NCBI GenBank assembly: GCA_964446575.1
Contig: CAYUOX010000072.1
Location: 3,327 to 67,326 of the forward strand
Direction: 5' to 3'
Origin: an uncultured Anaerolineaceae bacterium
GTDB lineage: Bacteria; Chloroflexota; Anaerolineae; Anaerolineales; DRMV01
Length of the DNA: 64,000 bases
Part shown: piece by piece, positions 8,442 through 16,583 of the stretch
How positions within the stretch are numbered: the first letter of the stretch is position 1
How the letters are laid out: each line of letters starts with the position of its first letter
The notes under the pieces: generated by a model
What the model saw: only the letters and a program-made list of their open reading frames with translations
Told to the model about the DNA's origin: nothing
The model's database searches: none
Made by a program: the position numbers and the translations under genes

Positions 8442-9920
8442 ATGAACCTTCCGCTGCTGTCCCTCATCATCTTCTTGCCCATTGTGGCCGGCACGGTGAT
8501 GTTGCTGTGGCCCAATGCCAGCCGTGACGCCATCCGCCGGTTGGCGTTGGTGACTGCGACCATCACCTTTGCCTTGTCCGCGTGGCTATATGTGGCCTAC
8601 GACTTCGTGGCCGGGGGGTACCAGTTTGTCGAAAAGTACCCCTGGCTGCCCGAACTGGGCATTTCGTATCATGTGGGCGTGGATGGCTTGAGCGCGCCCC
8701 TGATCTTGCTCACTGGCGTGGTCATTTTCACCGGTACCTTGGTCTCGTGGAACATCGACCGCCCGCGCGAATTCTTTGGCCTGTTGTACATCTTGGCCAC
8801 CGGCGTGTTCGGCGTGTTCGCCGCGCTGGACCTGTTCACGCTGTTCTTCATGTATGAAGTCGCGGTCTTCCCCATGTATTTGCTCATCGTCATTTGGGGG
8901 TGGGAGAAGACGCGCGAATACGCGGGCATGAAGTTGACCCTCTACCTGCTGGTGGGCTCGGTGCTGGCCCTGGTCGGCGGTTTGGCCATGGTGTTCGCGG
9001 CTCGCGACAATTTGGGGTATTTGACCTTTGACTTGTTGGAACTGGAAAAGGCCGGCCTGTCCGTGGGCTTCCAGAAGTTCTGGTTCCCCATCGTGTTTTT
9101 CGGCTTTGCCGTGCTGGGCGGCATCTTCCCAGTGCATAACTGGAGCCCGGATGGCCATGTGGCCGCGCCCACCGCGGTGTCCATGTTCCACGCGGGCGTG
9201 CTGATGAAGTTGGGCGCGTTCGCGGCCTTGCGGGTTGGCGTCATGCTTATGCCCGAGGGCGCCAAGTTCCACCTGCCTTGGATCATCTTGCTCACTCTGG
9301 TCAATGTGGTGTACGGCGCGTTCATCGCGTCGGTGCAGCAAGACTTCAAATATGTCATTGGCTTTTCGTCGGTATCGCACATGGGCCTGGTCATCATGGG
9401 CATCGCTACCCTCAATCACGATGGCCTGTTGGGGTCGGGGGTGCAGATGTTCTCCCATGGTGTGATGACCGCCCTCTTCTTTGCCGTGGTCGGCATGGTG
9501 TATGACCGCACCCACACCCGGCACATCCCCAGTTTGGGCGGCATGATGAAGAAATTGCCGTGGGCCGGGGTGGCGTTCATCATCGCGGGCCTGACTTCCA
9601 TGGGCATGCCTGGCTTTTCGGGCTTCATCGCGGAGTTCCCCATCTTCATGGGCGTGTGGCGCTACGAGCCGTGGATCGCCATCGTGGCCGCGATCTCCAT
9701 TGTGGTGACTGCGTCCTATGTGTTGCGGGTCGCGCACAAAGTGTTCTTCGGTCCGCTGCCTGAAGAGTTCAAAGACATCCCTGACATCAACGTGTTTGAC
9801 CGGGTGGCGTTGGTGACGTTGGTTTTCTTCCTTGTCGGCATCGGCGTGTTCCCGCACATGATGGTGCCCTGGATTGAATCCGGCGTCAACTATGTGTTGA
9901 CGATTTTGGGAGGTGCGTAA
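8442..9920 (+). CDS. nuoM: NADH-quinone oxidoreductase subunit M paralog (copy 2)
   Basis: 492 aa. YHVGVDGLSAPLILLT, MYEVAVFPMYLLI and HNWSPDGHVAAPTAVSMFHAG mark a second ND4-family antiporter-like subunit in tandem. Confidence 0.9.
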   Translation: MNLPLLSLIIFLPIVAGTVMLLWPNASRDAIRRLALVTATITFALSAWLYVAYDFVAGGYQFVEKYPWLPELGISYHVGVDGLSAPLILLTGVVIFTGTLVSWNIDRPREFFGLLYILATGVFGVFAALDLFTLFFMYEVAVFPMYLLIVIWGWEKTREYAGMKLTLYLLVGSVLALVGGLAMVFAARDNLGYLTFDLLELEKAGLSVGFQKFWFPIVFFGFAVLGGIFPVHNWSPDGHVAAPTAVSMFHAGVLMKLGAFAALRVGVMLMPEGAKFHLPWIILLTLVNVVYGAFIASVQQDFKYVIGFSSVSHMGLVIMGIATLNHDGLLGSGVQMFSHGVMTALFFAVVGMVYDRTHTRHIPSLGGMMKKLPWAGVAFIIAGLTSMGMPGFSGFIAEFPIFMGVWRYEPWIAIVAAISIVVTASYVLRVAHKVFFGPLPEEFKDIPDINVFDRVALVTLVFFLVGIGVFPHMMVPWIESGVNYVLTILGGA

Positions 9921-9921
9921 A

Positions 9922-11376
9922 GTGAGCGCGCTGAACTCTGCAATGTTGCTGGCCTTATTGCCAGAACTATTGGTGCTGGCCTTGATGGGGCTGGTGCTCA
10001 TCACCGACCTCTCGGGCCGGGTAAGAGGGCGCAATCTGGGCTGGCTCACCATCGTCGGCCTGGTGGCGGTGGTGTTGATCAGCGTGAGCACCGTCATGCC
10101 CGACGCCGCGGGCGAGGCCGTGTGGGGCGGCACGCTGAAGCACGATGCGCTGTCTTTCGTGTTTCGGATGTTGTTTCTCATTGCGGCCGCGCTGACGGTC
10201 TTCTTCGTGCTGGATGTGCCCGGCTTGGGCGATCGGGGCGCTTTCTACTTGCTGCTGTTGGCGTCGGTGCTGGGCATGATGCTCATGGCCATGGCCAACG
10301 ACATCATCATGCTCTTCTTGGCCATGGAAACCGCGACCATTCCCTTGTATGTGTTGGCCGGCTTCTTTACCGGCCGCCGCGAATCGGTCGAGGCCGGCTT
10401 CAAATACCTGCTGTTTGGTGCGCTGGCCTCGGGCGTCATGCTCTATGGCCTGAGTTTGCTCTACGGCTTCTCGGGCGGCGAGGTGGAATTCGCCGCGTTG
10501 GCCCAAGGTCTGGCCGAGACCCAAGCGCCGACTTGGGCGGTGTTGGCTGCGCTCATGGTTGTGCTGGCCGGCTTCGCCTTCAAAGTGGCCGCGGTGCCCT
10601 TCCACTTTTGGGCGCCCGATGTGTATCAAGGCGCGCCAACGCCCATCGCGGCTTTTTTGTCCACGGCGTCCAAAGCCGCGGGGTTCGTACTGCTGGTGCG
10701 GGTCGCGTTGGTGGCCTTCCCGAGCGCAACCTTGCCGTGGTGGGGCGCGGCCCTGGCGGCCATGGCGGCCGCGACCATGACATTGGGCAACGTCTTGGCG
10801 CTGACCCAAACGGACCTCAAGCGGTTGCTGGCCTACTCGTCCATCGGCCACGCGGGTTACATTCTCATGGGCGTGGTTGCGGCCACCAAATTGGGCTTGA
10901 CCGCGGTGGTTTTCTACCTGCTGGTCTACATGCTGACCAACCTGGCCGCGTTCGGCATTGTAGCCGTGTTGGAACGCAGCACCGGCTCCAGCGCGGCGGC
11001 GCACTTGGCTGGCTTGTACAAACGCTCGCCGTGGCTGACCCTGGCCACGTTGGCCGCTTTTCTCAGCCTGGCGGGGGTGCCGCCCTTCGCGGGGTTCGTG
11101 GCCAAGGTGTGGGTCTTCATGGCCGCGGTTGAGGCCAAATTGGAATGGTTGGCCGTGATCGCGGTGCTCAACTCCATTGTGGGCATTTACTACTACCTGG
11201 TGGTGCTCAAGGTGGCCTATGAGTATGATCCGCCCGCGGACGCGGCGCCCATCGTGGTCTCACGGCCCGTAGTTTGGGCCTTGGCCGTGCTGGCCGTGTT
11301 CATCGTCGTCGCGGGCGTGGCCTTTGGCCCGTGGTTTGGCTGGGGCCAATGGGCGGCCGCGGCCCTGTTCCCATGA
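9922..11376 (+). CDS. nuoN: NADH-quinone oxidoreductase subunit N
   Basis: NuoN/ND2 motifs are present (MLFLAMETATIPLYVLAGF, FHFWAPDVYQGAPTP). GTG 9922 is chosen because GGGAGG (9908-9913) lies 8 nt upstream. The track start at 9913 overlaps that SD. Confidence 0.9.
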   Translation: MSALNSAMLLALLPELLVLALMGLVLITDLSGRVRGRNLGWLTIVGLVAVVLISVSTVMPDAAGEAVWGGTLKHDALSFVFRMLFLIAAALTVFFVLDVPGLGDRGAFYLLLLASVLGMMLMAMANDIIMLFLAMETATIPLYVLAGFFTGRRESVEAGFKYLLFGALASGVMLYGLSLLYGFSGGEVEFAALAQGLAETQAPTWAVLAALMVVLAGFAFKVAAVPFHFWAPDVYQGAPTPIAAFLSTASKAAGFVLLVRVALVAFPSATLPWWGAALAAMAAATMTLGNVLALTQTDLKRLLAYSSIGHAGYILMGVVAATKLGLTAVVFYLLVYMLTNLAAFGIVAVLERSTGSSAAAHLAGLYKRSPWLTLATLAAFLSLAGVPPFAGFVAKVWVFMAAVEAKLEWLAVIAVLNSIVGIYYYLVVLKVAYEYDPPADAAPIVVSRPVVWALAVLAVFIVVAGVAFGPWFGWGQWAAAALFP

Positions 11377-11463
11377 GCGCGGGGGTGGGTGCACCGCGGA
11401 CGCGGCTTGGCGGCGTGGTGCGCTTGCCACTTCTGGCTTGTGGGCAAACCCCTCCTCCACTGC

Positions 11464-11538
11464 CATCCCCCCTCCCCTTGCCAGGGAGGGGGGATGTGTT
11501 CATGCGGTGCGCGCGGCGCAAATCGCGTCGCGCACCGC
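11464..11538 (+). terminator. Two consecutive GC-rich hairpins downstream of nuoN (no U-tract)
   Basis: Hairpin 1 is CATCCCCCCTCCC (11464-11476) with GGGAGGGGGGATG (11484-11496). Hairpin 2 is GCGGTGCGCG (11504-11513) with CGCGCACCGC (11529-11538). A terminator role is inferred from position only. Confidence 0.4.
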
Positions 11539-11703
11539 GACCTTCTGCCTTGGCCTTCTTGGTGCTATTCGCGGTCTTGGGGGCAGGCGCCGGCCCTCGC
11601 GGGCTGGGCTCCTCGCCCCGTCGCCCTGCGCGGCCCTGCCCGCAATGCCCAGCATCGCTTGGCCTCTCGCGCGGTGCTGCGCGTACCATCTCGGCGCAGG
11701 CAA

Positions 11704-11712
11704 TGGTATAAT
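11704..11712 (+). promoter_or_regulatory. Extended -10 promoter (TGgTATAAT) for the OmpR-type regulator
   Basis: TGGTATAAT lies 67 nt upstream of ATG 11779. Confidence 0.45.
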
Positions 11713-11778
11713 GGGCTCAACGGTCGCCCAAACGGGCCCGTCGGGAGGGGAGCGTTCGACACGATCACGATAGGACCC

Positions 11779-12537
11779 ATGCCCATGAGGACCCCAGCGC
11801 CCGCGACCACTTTGGTCCTTTGGTTGGAGAGCACCCGTCGCAAGACGCCCGATTGGGCATCGGCGGTGGGGCGGCGAGGGTTTCAGGTTTTGGTGGCCCG
11901 CACCGGTCGTGAAGGCGTCGAACAACTCGCGGTGGCTTACCCCGAGGTGGCGGTCATCAATGCCCTCTCGTTCAATTCGTCGGGGCGGCGCTTGAGTCGC
12001 ATGTTGCGCCAGCATGCGCCCCAGTTGCCCCAATTGCTGTTGACGGATAAACCGCTGCCTCCGCAAGCCTTGTTGGCCGACGTGGTGCTCACGCCACCTT
12101 TTACGGCCCGCAAAATCGTCAATCGCCTGCGCCGTTTGCTGGCCTTGGCCGAAGGCCGGCGATGCCTGGAAGTCGGTCCCTTGCGCCTGGATTTGGACAA
12201 TCGCCGCCTGTATTGCAACGGCCGTGAGCACGATTTGACCCCGCGGCTGGCCCGCCTGTTGCGGGTCCTCATGGAACACGCGGGCTATGTCGTGCCGCGC
12301 GAGGTGCTCTTCCGCAAGGTTTGGCAAACCGAATACACGGGCGACACCCGCACGTTGGATGTGCACATCAGTTGGCTGCGCCGCGTGCTGGAAGAGGATC
12401 CCCGCAATCCGCGTTGGCTGCGCACGGTGCGGGGGCGCGGCTATTTGCTGAACGTATATGAGGGCAGCAGCAAACCCCCGCGGGTGCGGCCGTGCGATGG
12501 CAGCGACGCCTTCGACACTATCCCCATTGTTGAGTGA
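11779..12537 (+). CDS. OmpR/PhoB-family winged-helix regulator with degenerate (pseudo-)receiver domain
   Basis: The C-terminus LDLDNRRLYCNGREHDLTPRLARLLRVLMEHAGYVVPREVLFRKVWQTEYTGDTRTLDVHISWLRRVL...VRGRGYLL is a trans_reg_C domain. The receiver-like N-terminus has N where the phospho-Asp is expected (AVINALSF). The start is ATG 11779; the track start at 11389 is rejected. Confidence 0.8.
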   Translation: MPMRTPAPATTLVLWLESTRRKTPDWASAVGRRGFQVLVARTGREGVEQLAVAYPEVAVINALSFNSSGRRLSRMLRQHAPQLPQLLLTDKPLPPQALLADVVLTPPFTARKIVNRLRRLLALAEGRRCLEVGPLRLDLDNRRLYCNGREHDLTPRLARLLRVLMEHAGYVVPREVLFRKVWQTEYTGDTRTLDVHISWLRRVLEEDPRNPRWLRTVRGRGYLLNVYEGSSKPPRVRPCDGSDAFDTIPIVE

Positions 12538-12545
12538 GTAGCGCC

Positions 12546-13073
12546 ATGCAACACTTGTGGGCACCGTGGCGTATGGATTATATCCAAGGGCAAGCCGGGC
12601 GGCCGCCAGATGGCGAATGCGTGTTTTGCTGGGCCGCACGGCAGGCCGAAGACGGCCCTGAAAACTTGGTCGTTGTGCGCGGTCGCCATAATTATGTCAT
12701 CCTCAACCGCTTCCCCTACACAGGCGGCCATTTGATGGTCGTGCCCTACGCGCACGTGGCCGACCTTACCGCGTTGTCGGCTGCCGCGCGCGCGGAGATG
12801 ATGGACTTGGCTTCGGAGGCTGTGGCCATTTTGCGCGCGGAATATCGGCCTCAGGGCTTCAACCTGGGCATGAACTTGGGCCGGGTCGCGGGCGCGGGCA
12901 TTGCCGAGCACGTCCACTTGCATGTGGTGCCACGCTGGGCTGGCGATACCAACTTCATGACCACGGTGGGCCAAGTGCGGGTGCTGCCCGAGGCCCTGGA
13001 GCAGACCTACGCGCGGCTGCGCGCGGCTTGGCAGCGCCGCCGCGCGGCGCAAACTGCGTCGACAACCGAATAG
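12546..13073 (+). CDS. HIT-family (histidine triad) nucleotide hydrolase/transferase
   Basis: Carries the HVHLHVVPRW histidine-triad motif and NRFPYTGGHLMVVP. The start is ATG 12546; an alternative GTG at 12534 overlaps the upstream stop. Confidence 0.85.
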   Translation: MQHLWAPWRMDYIQGQAGRPPDGECVFCWAARQAEDGPENLVVVRGRHNYVILNRFPYTGGHLMVVPYAHVADLTALSAAARAEMMDLASEAVAILRAEYRPQGFNLGMNLGRVAGAGIAEHVHLHVVPRWAGDTNFMTTVGQVRVLPEALEQTYARLRAAWQRRRAAQTASTTE

Positions 13074-13080
13074 GTCGCAC

Positions 13081-13104
13081 AAGCCGCCTGAGGCGGCTTT
13101 TTTG
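13081..13104 (+). terminator. Intrinsic terminator after the HIT gene
   Basis: AAGCCGCC pairs with GGCGGCTT around a 3-nt loop, followed by a T-run (13098-13103). Confidence 0.85.
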
Positions 13105-13142
13105 TCGCCTTGCGCCATCTTTCACCCCCAAAGGAGGCTTCC

Positions 13143-14336
13143 ATGACCGTACCCGTTATTCTCAGCGCTGTGCGAACCCCGATGGGCCGTTTTCGGGGCG
13201 CGTTGAGCCCCTTGCGCGCACCTCAGTTGGGCGCGGTGGCCATCCGCGCCGCGGTCGCGCGCGCCGGGATCCCCGACCCCGCCGACATCGAGGAAGTCAT
13301 CATGGGCCAGGTGGTCACCGCGGGCGAAGGGCAAAACCCGGCCCGCCAAGCCAGCATCTTCGCAGGTTTGCCACCCACCTTGGGCGCGTTCACCGTCAAC
13401 AAAGTGTGTGGTTCGGGCCTCAAAGCCGTCATGCTGGCCGCCCAGGCCATCAAGGCCGGCGACGCGCAGGTCATGGTCGCAGGTGGCATGGAAAGCATGA
13501 GCCGTCCGCCTTTCTTGGTCTATGGCCGCATGGGAGAACTCCGTTTCGGCAGCACCAAACTGGTGGACGCGCTCCAATACGATGGCCTGTGGTGCCCCTT
13601 TGAGGACTGGGCCATGGGCGACGCCGCGGAGTTCATTGCCGAGCAGTTCGGCATTACCCGCGAAGAGATGGACCGCTTCGCGTATGAAAGCCACATGAAG
13701 GCCATCAAGGCCATGGACGAGGGCAAGTTCGACGCGGAGATCGTGCCCGTCGAAGTGCCTGGCCGTAAAGGGCAGGTTACCGTGGTCGACAAGGACGAGA
13801 CCCCGCGGCGTGATACGTCGTTGGAGAAGTTGGCCAAACTGCGCCCGGCCTTTCGCAAGGACGGCAAAGTCACCGCGGGCAACGCGCCCAGCCTCAACGA
13901 TGGTGCCAGCGCGGTGGTGGTCGCCTCTGAGGCCTACGCGGCGCGCATTGGCGCCCAGCCTTTGGCCCGCATTGTGGGCTATACGTACGCCGCGGTCGAA
14001 CCCAAGTGGATCTTCGACGCACCCGCCAAGGCCATGCCCAAGTTGTTGGACAAGGTGGGTTGGACTCTGGACGATGTGGACCTCATCGAACTCAACGAAG
14101 CCTTCGCAGCCCAGGTGCTGGCCAATGGCAAAGCGCTGGCCCCGTTGGGTTGGGATTGGTCCAAAGTCAACGTGCACGGCGGTGCCATCGCACTGGGACA
14201 CCCCATTGGGGCCAGCGGCGCGCGCGTGCTGACCACCTTGGTGCACGCGTTGCGCACGTATGGGCTGCGCCGGGGCATTGCTGCGCTGTGTTTGGGTGGT
14301 GGCGAAGCGGTGGCCATGGCCGTTGAGCGCGTCTAA
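13143..14336 (+). CDS. Acetyl-CoA C-acetyltransferase (thiolase II)
   Basis: 397 aa. Carries NKVCGSGLKAV (active-site Cys), NVHGGAIALGHPIGASGARVL and CLGGGEAVAM. AAAGGAGG lies upstream of ATG 13143. Confidence 0.95.
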   Translation: MTVPVILSAVRTPMGRFRGALSPLRAPQLGAVAIRAAVARAGIPDPADIEEVIMGQVVTAGEGQNPARQASIFAGLPPTLGAFTVNKVCGSGLKAVMLAAQAIKAGDAQVMVAGGMESMSRPPFLVYGRMGELRFGSTKLVDALQYDGLWCPFEDWAMGDAAEFIAEQFGITREEMDRFAYESHMKAIKAMDEGKFDAEIVPVEVPGRKGQVTVVDKDETPRRDTSLEKLAKLRPAFRKDGKVTAGNAPSLNDGASAVVVASEAYAARIGAQPLARIVGYTYAAVEPKWIFDAPAKAMPKLLDKVGWTLDDVDLIELNEAFAAQVLANGKALAPLGWDWSKVNVHGGAIALGHPIGASGARVLTTLVHALRTYGLRRGIAALCLGGGEAVAMAVERV

Positions 14337-14364
14337 GCCGGCTGGCAGACGCGATGGGCAAAAG

Positions 14365-14389
14365 AAAGGCGACCCCAGCGGTCGCCTTT
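14365..14389. terminator. Bidirectional intrinsic terminator between the convergent thiolase and moeA genes
   Basis: AAAGGCGAC pairs with GTCGCCTTT. The flanks are T-rich on both strands (GCGTTTCTT on +, CTTTCTTTTG on -). Confidence 0.7.
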
Positions 14390-14414
14390 GCGTTTCTTCA
14401 CGTTTAGACGCGCC

Positions 14415-16397
14415 TCAACCCTGGGCCTGGTCTTCGTTGGCTACGATCCAGCGCACTTGCCCCATGGGCGCGGGGTCATAACCGGGCAAGGCCGCCACCG
14501 CGCGGCGGAACGCGTCGTCGGCCAACACCTCCCACACCGGGGCCAGCGTTGGGCTCTCGTAGTGCTCCGCGGGCACCACCAAATCATACTGCTCGGTGAA
14601 CAGAGGGATGAAGTCTAAATCCAAGGCCTGGGCGGCCGCGGCAATGCCCAAGCCGACATCAGCCCGCCCTGAGGCCACCGCGGCAGCAACGGCCAAGTGC
14701 GTATATTCCTCTTGGTCGTAGCCTTGCACTTGCTCGGCGCGAATGCCCAACCGCGCCAAGTGATAATCGAGCAAGATGCGCGTGCCCGCGCCGCGCTGGC
14801 GGTTGACGAAGCGCACATCAGGCCGGATCAGGTCTTCCAACCCGCGCAGGCCTTTGGGGTTGCCGCGCGGCACGATGAGCCCTTGTTGGCGATAGGTAAG
14901 GGTGACCAGGGCCACTTTTCGGCCGGGAAGGTAGCGTCGCACATACCCCGCGTTGTATTCACCGGTCTCGGGGTCCAGCAAGTGTGCGCCGGCCAGGTGG
15001 GCTTCACCCCGTCGCAGCGCGACCAAGCCGCCCAGACTGCCCACGTGCGCGGAGGCGAGGCGCCGTCCGCGGGGGGCCAGATACTGCGCCATAAGGTCCA
15101 ACGCCACGTCGTGCGAGCCAATGGCCAAGATGCTGCGGGCCAACTCGTGAGGGGGGCGATAGAGCCGCACTTCGACCTCGGCGCCTGCAGGCAACCCTTG
15201 CACGCCCCGAGGCACGATGACAATGCCGTCCGCACGCACCAGCGATGTGATGACGCCCGCGCCGCGCGATAAGGGCGCGGCCAGCCAACGGCTGCCAACC
15301 CGCCCCACGGCCACGCGCACATAGTCGTCGTCACCGGCGGGCGATGTCAGTTTGCGGGTCAAGTGGGCGCGCAAGGTTTGCGGTTCATGCGCCGCGCGGC
15401 CCAGCCAACGGGCCAGGAGGGGTTCGACGAAGATCTCGCCCGTGAGCGCGGCCGACACCGGATAACCCGGCACGCCCAAAATGGGCACCTGCCGGCCCGG
15501 CAAGTGCACCATCCCCATGATCACCGGGTGCCCCGGACGCACCGCAATGCCGTGCACCAGCAGTTCCCCCAGGCTTTCGACCACGCGCGCGGAAAAATCT
15601 TCTGAACCCGCGGACGAGCCCGCGTTGAGCAACACCAGGTCGTGGGTGCGGGCCGCGTCGGCCACCCGCTCGCGGATGAGGTCGAAGTCGTCGGGTGTGA
15701 TGGGGTAGCGGGTCGCCTGCCCGCCCCAACGGTTCACTTGCGCGGCCAGCACAACCGAGTTGAATTCGATGATGTCGCCGGCTCGGGGTTCGGTGCCAAT
15801 GGGCACGAGTTCGGTTCCGGTGGGCAGGATGGCGACCTTGGGTTTGCGGGCCACGATCAGGTGGGTGAACCCCGCGGCCGCAAGCGCGCCCAAATCGGCC
15901 GGGCGCAGCACGTGCCCCGCGGGCAGCACCAGTTGGGTGGCCACGATGTCTTCGCCCATGGGCCGCACGTGCTTCCACGGCGGCAGCGCGACGCGTACCC
16001 GCACCGTGTGGGGGCGTCGGGGGTCGGTCGCGGGGCGTCCGGCCGCATCCAGGGGTTCGGTTTGTTCGATGGGCACCACCACGTCGGCCCAGGGGGGCAA
16101 GGGATCGCCGGTGTCGACATAGACCGCGTCGGGGCCATAGCGCAGGTCGACGGGGTGCGTGGGTGAGGCGCCGGCCAGCGCGGCCGCGCGCGTGGCAAAG
16201 CCGTCCATCGCGGCCGCGTGATAGTGGGGCGACGAAAGGCGGGCGAATGCGGGCTCGGCCAGCACGCGCCCCACCGCGTTTTCGTCCAGGGGGATGCGCT
16301 CGGTGCCCAGTCGCGCGGTCAACCCCGCGCGGGCCAGGGCTTCTTCCCAGCGACGGCGGGCTTCGTGCAACGGCACATCGTGCAGGTAGACGCTCAT
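14415..16397 (-). CDS. moeA: Molybdopterin molybdenumtransferase MoeA fused to a C-terminal periplasmic-binding-protein-like (PBP-like) domain
   Basis: 660 aa from ATG 16397 (MSVYLHDVPLHEA...). The MoeA N and central domains are recognisable (SPHYHAAAMDGFA, GTELV, LLNAGSSAGSEDF). The last ~250 aa (HVGSLGGLVALRRGEAHLAG...FVNRQRGAGTR...GLGI) look like a PBP-like anion-binding fold. Confidence 0.85.
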   Translation of the reverse strand: MSVYLHDVPLHEARRRWEEALARAGLTARLGTERIPLDENAVGRVLAEPAFARLSSPHYHAAAMDGFATRAAALAGASPTHPVDLRYGPDAVYVDTGDPLPPWADVVVPIEQTEPLDAAGRPATDPRRPHTVRVRVALPPWKHVRPMGEDIVATQLVLPAGHVLRPADLGALAAAGFTHLIVARKPKVAILPTGTELVPIGTEPRAGDIIEFNSVVLAAQVNRWGGQATRYPITPDDFDLIRERVADAARTHDLVLLNAGSSAGSEDFSARVVESLGELLVHGIAVRPGHPVIMGMVHLPGRQVPILGVPGYPVSAALTGEIFVEPLLARWLGRAAHEPQTLRAHLTRKLTSPAGDDDYVRVAVGRVGSRWLAAPLSRGAGVITSLVRADGIVIVPRGVQGLPAGAEVEVRLYRPPHELARSILAIGSHDVALDLMAQYLAPRGRRLASAHVGSLGGLVALRRGEAHLAGAHLLDPETGEYNAGYVRRYLPGRKVALVTLTYRQQGLIVPRGNPKGLRGLEDLIRPDVRFVNRQRGAGTRILLDYHLARLGIRAEQVQGYDQEEYTHLAVAAAVASGRADVGLGIAAAAQALDLDFIPLFTEQYDLVVPAEHYESPTLAPVWEVLADDAFRRAVAALPGYDPAPMGQVRWIVANEDQAQG

Positions 16398-16481
16398 GGT
16401 TCGGCTCCGGTGCCGCGCCGCGAGGGCGCGTGATGGCGAAATCCCATGCCGCGGCCGCATGTGCCCGCGACCGCAAGGCCG

Positions 16482-16487
16482 ATTATA
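16482..16487 (-). promoter_or_regulatory. -10 TATAAT for moeA
   Basis: The minus strand reads GGCGAGGTATAATCGG, ~85 nt upstream of ATG 16397 and just downstream of the accC terminator. Confidence 0.4.
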
Positions 16488-16504
16488 CCTCGCCGCGGAT
16501 GGCG

Positions 16505-16541
16505 AGAAAACGCAGGCCAGCCCCGCGATTCAGGCTGGCCT
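16505..16541 (-). terminator. Intrinsic terminator after accC
   Basis: The minus strand reads AGGCCAGCC-loop-GGCTGGCCT followed by GCGTTTTCTC. Confidence 0.65.
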
Positions 16542-16583
16542 ACGCGATAACGCCGTGAGGCGCGGCGTTTGGGGCGCCGTTGT

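Noticed and set aside
11389-11778. Upstream 130 codons of the 382-aa ORF containing the OmpR-type regulator.
   Set aside because: The extension covers two strong hairpins and the TGgTATAAT promoter. It encodes Cys/Gly/Arg-rich nonsense, and the receiver homology begins only after ATG 11779.
16398-16481. Moco riboswitch in the moeA 5' UTR.
   Set aside because: The leader is only ~85 nt if the TATAAT at 16482-16487 is used, which is shorter than the Moco RNA motif. I see none of its conserved features. A cmscan would settle it.
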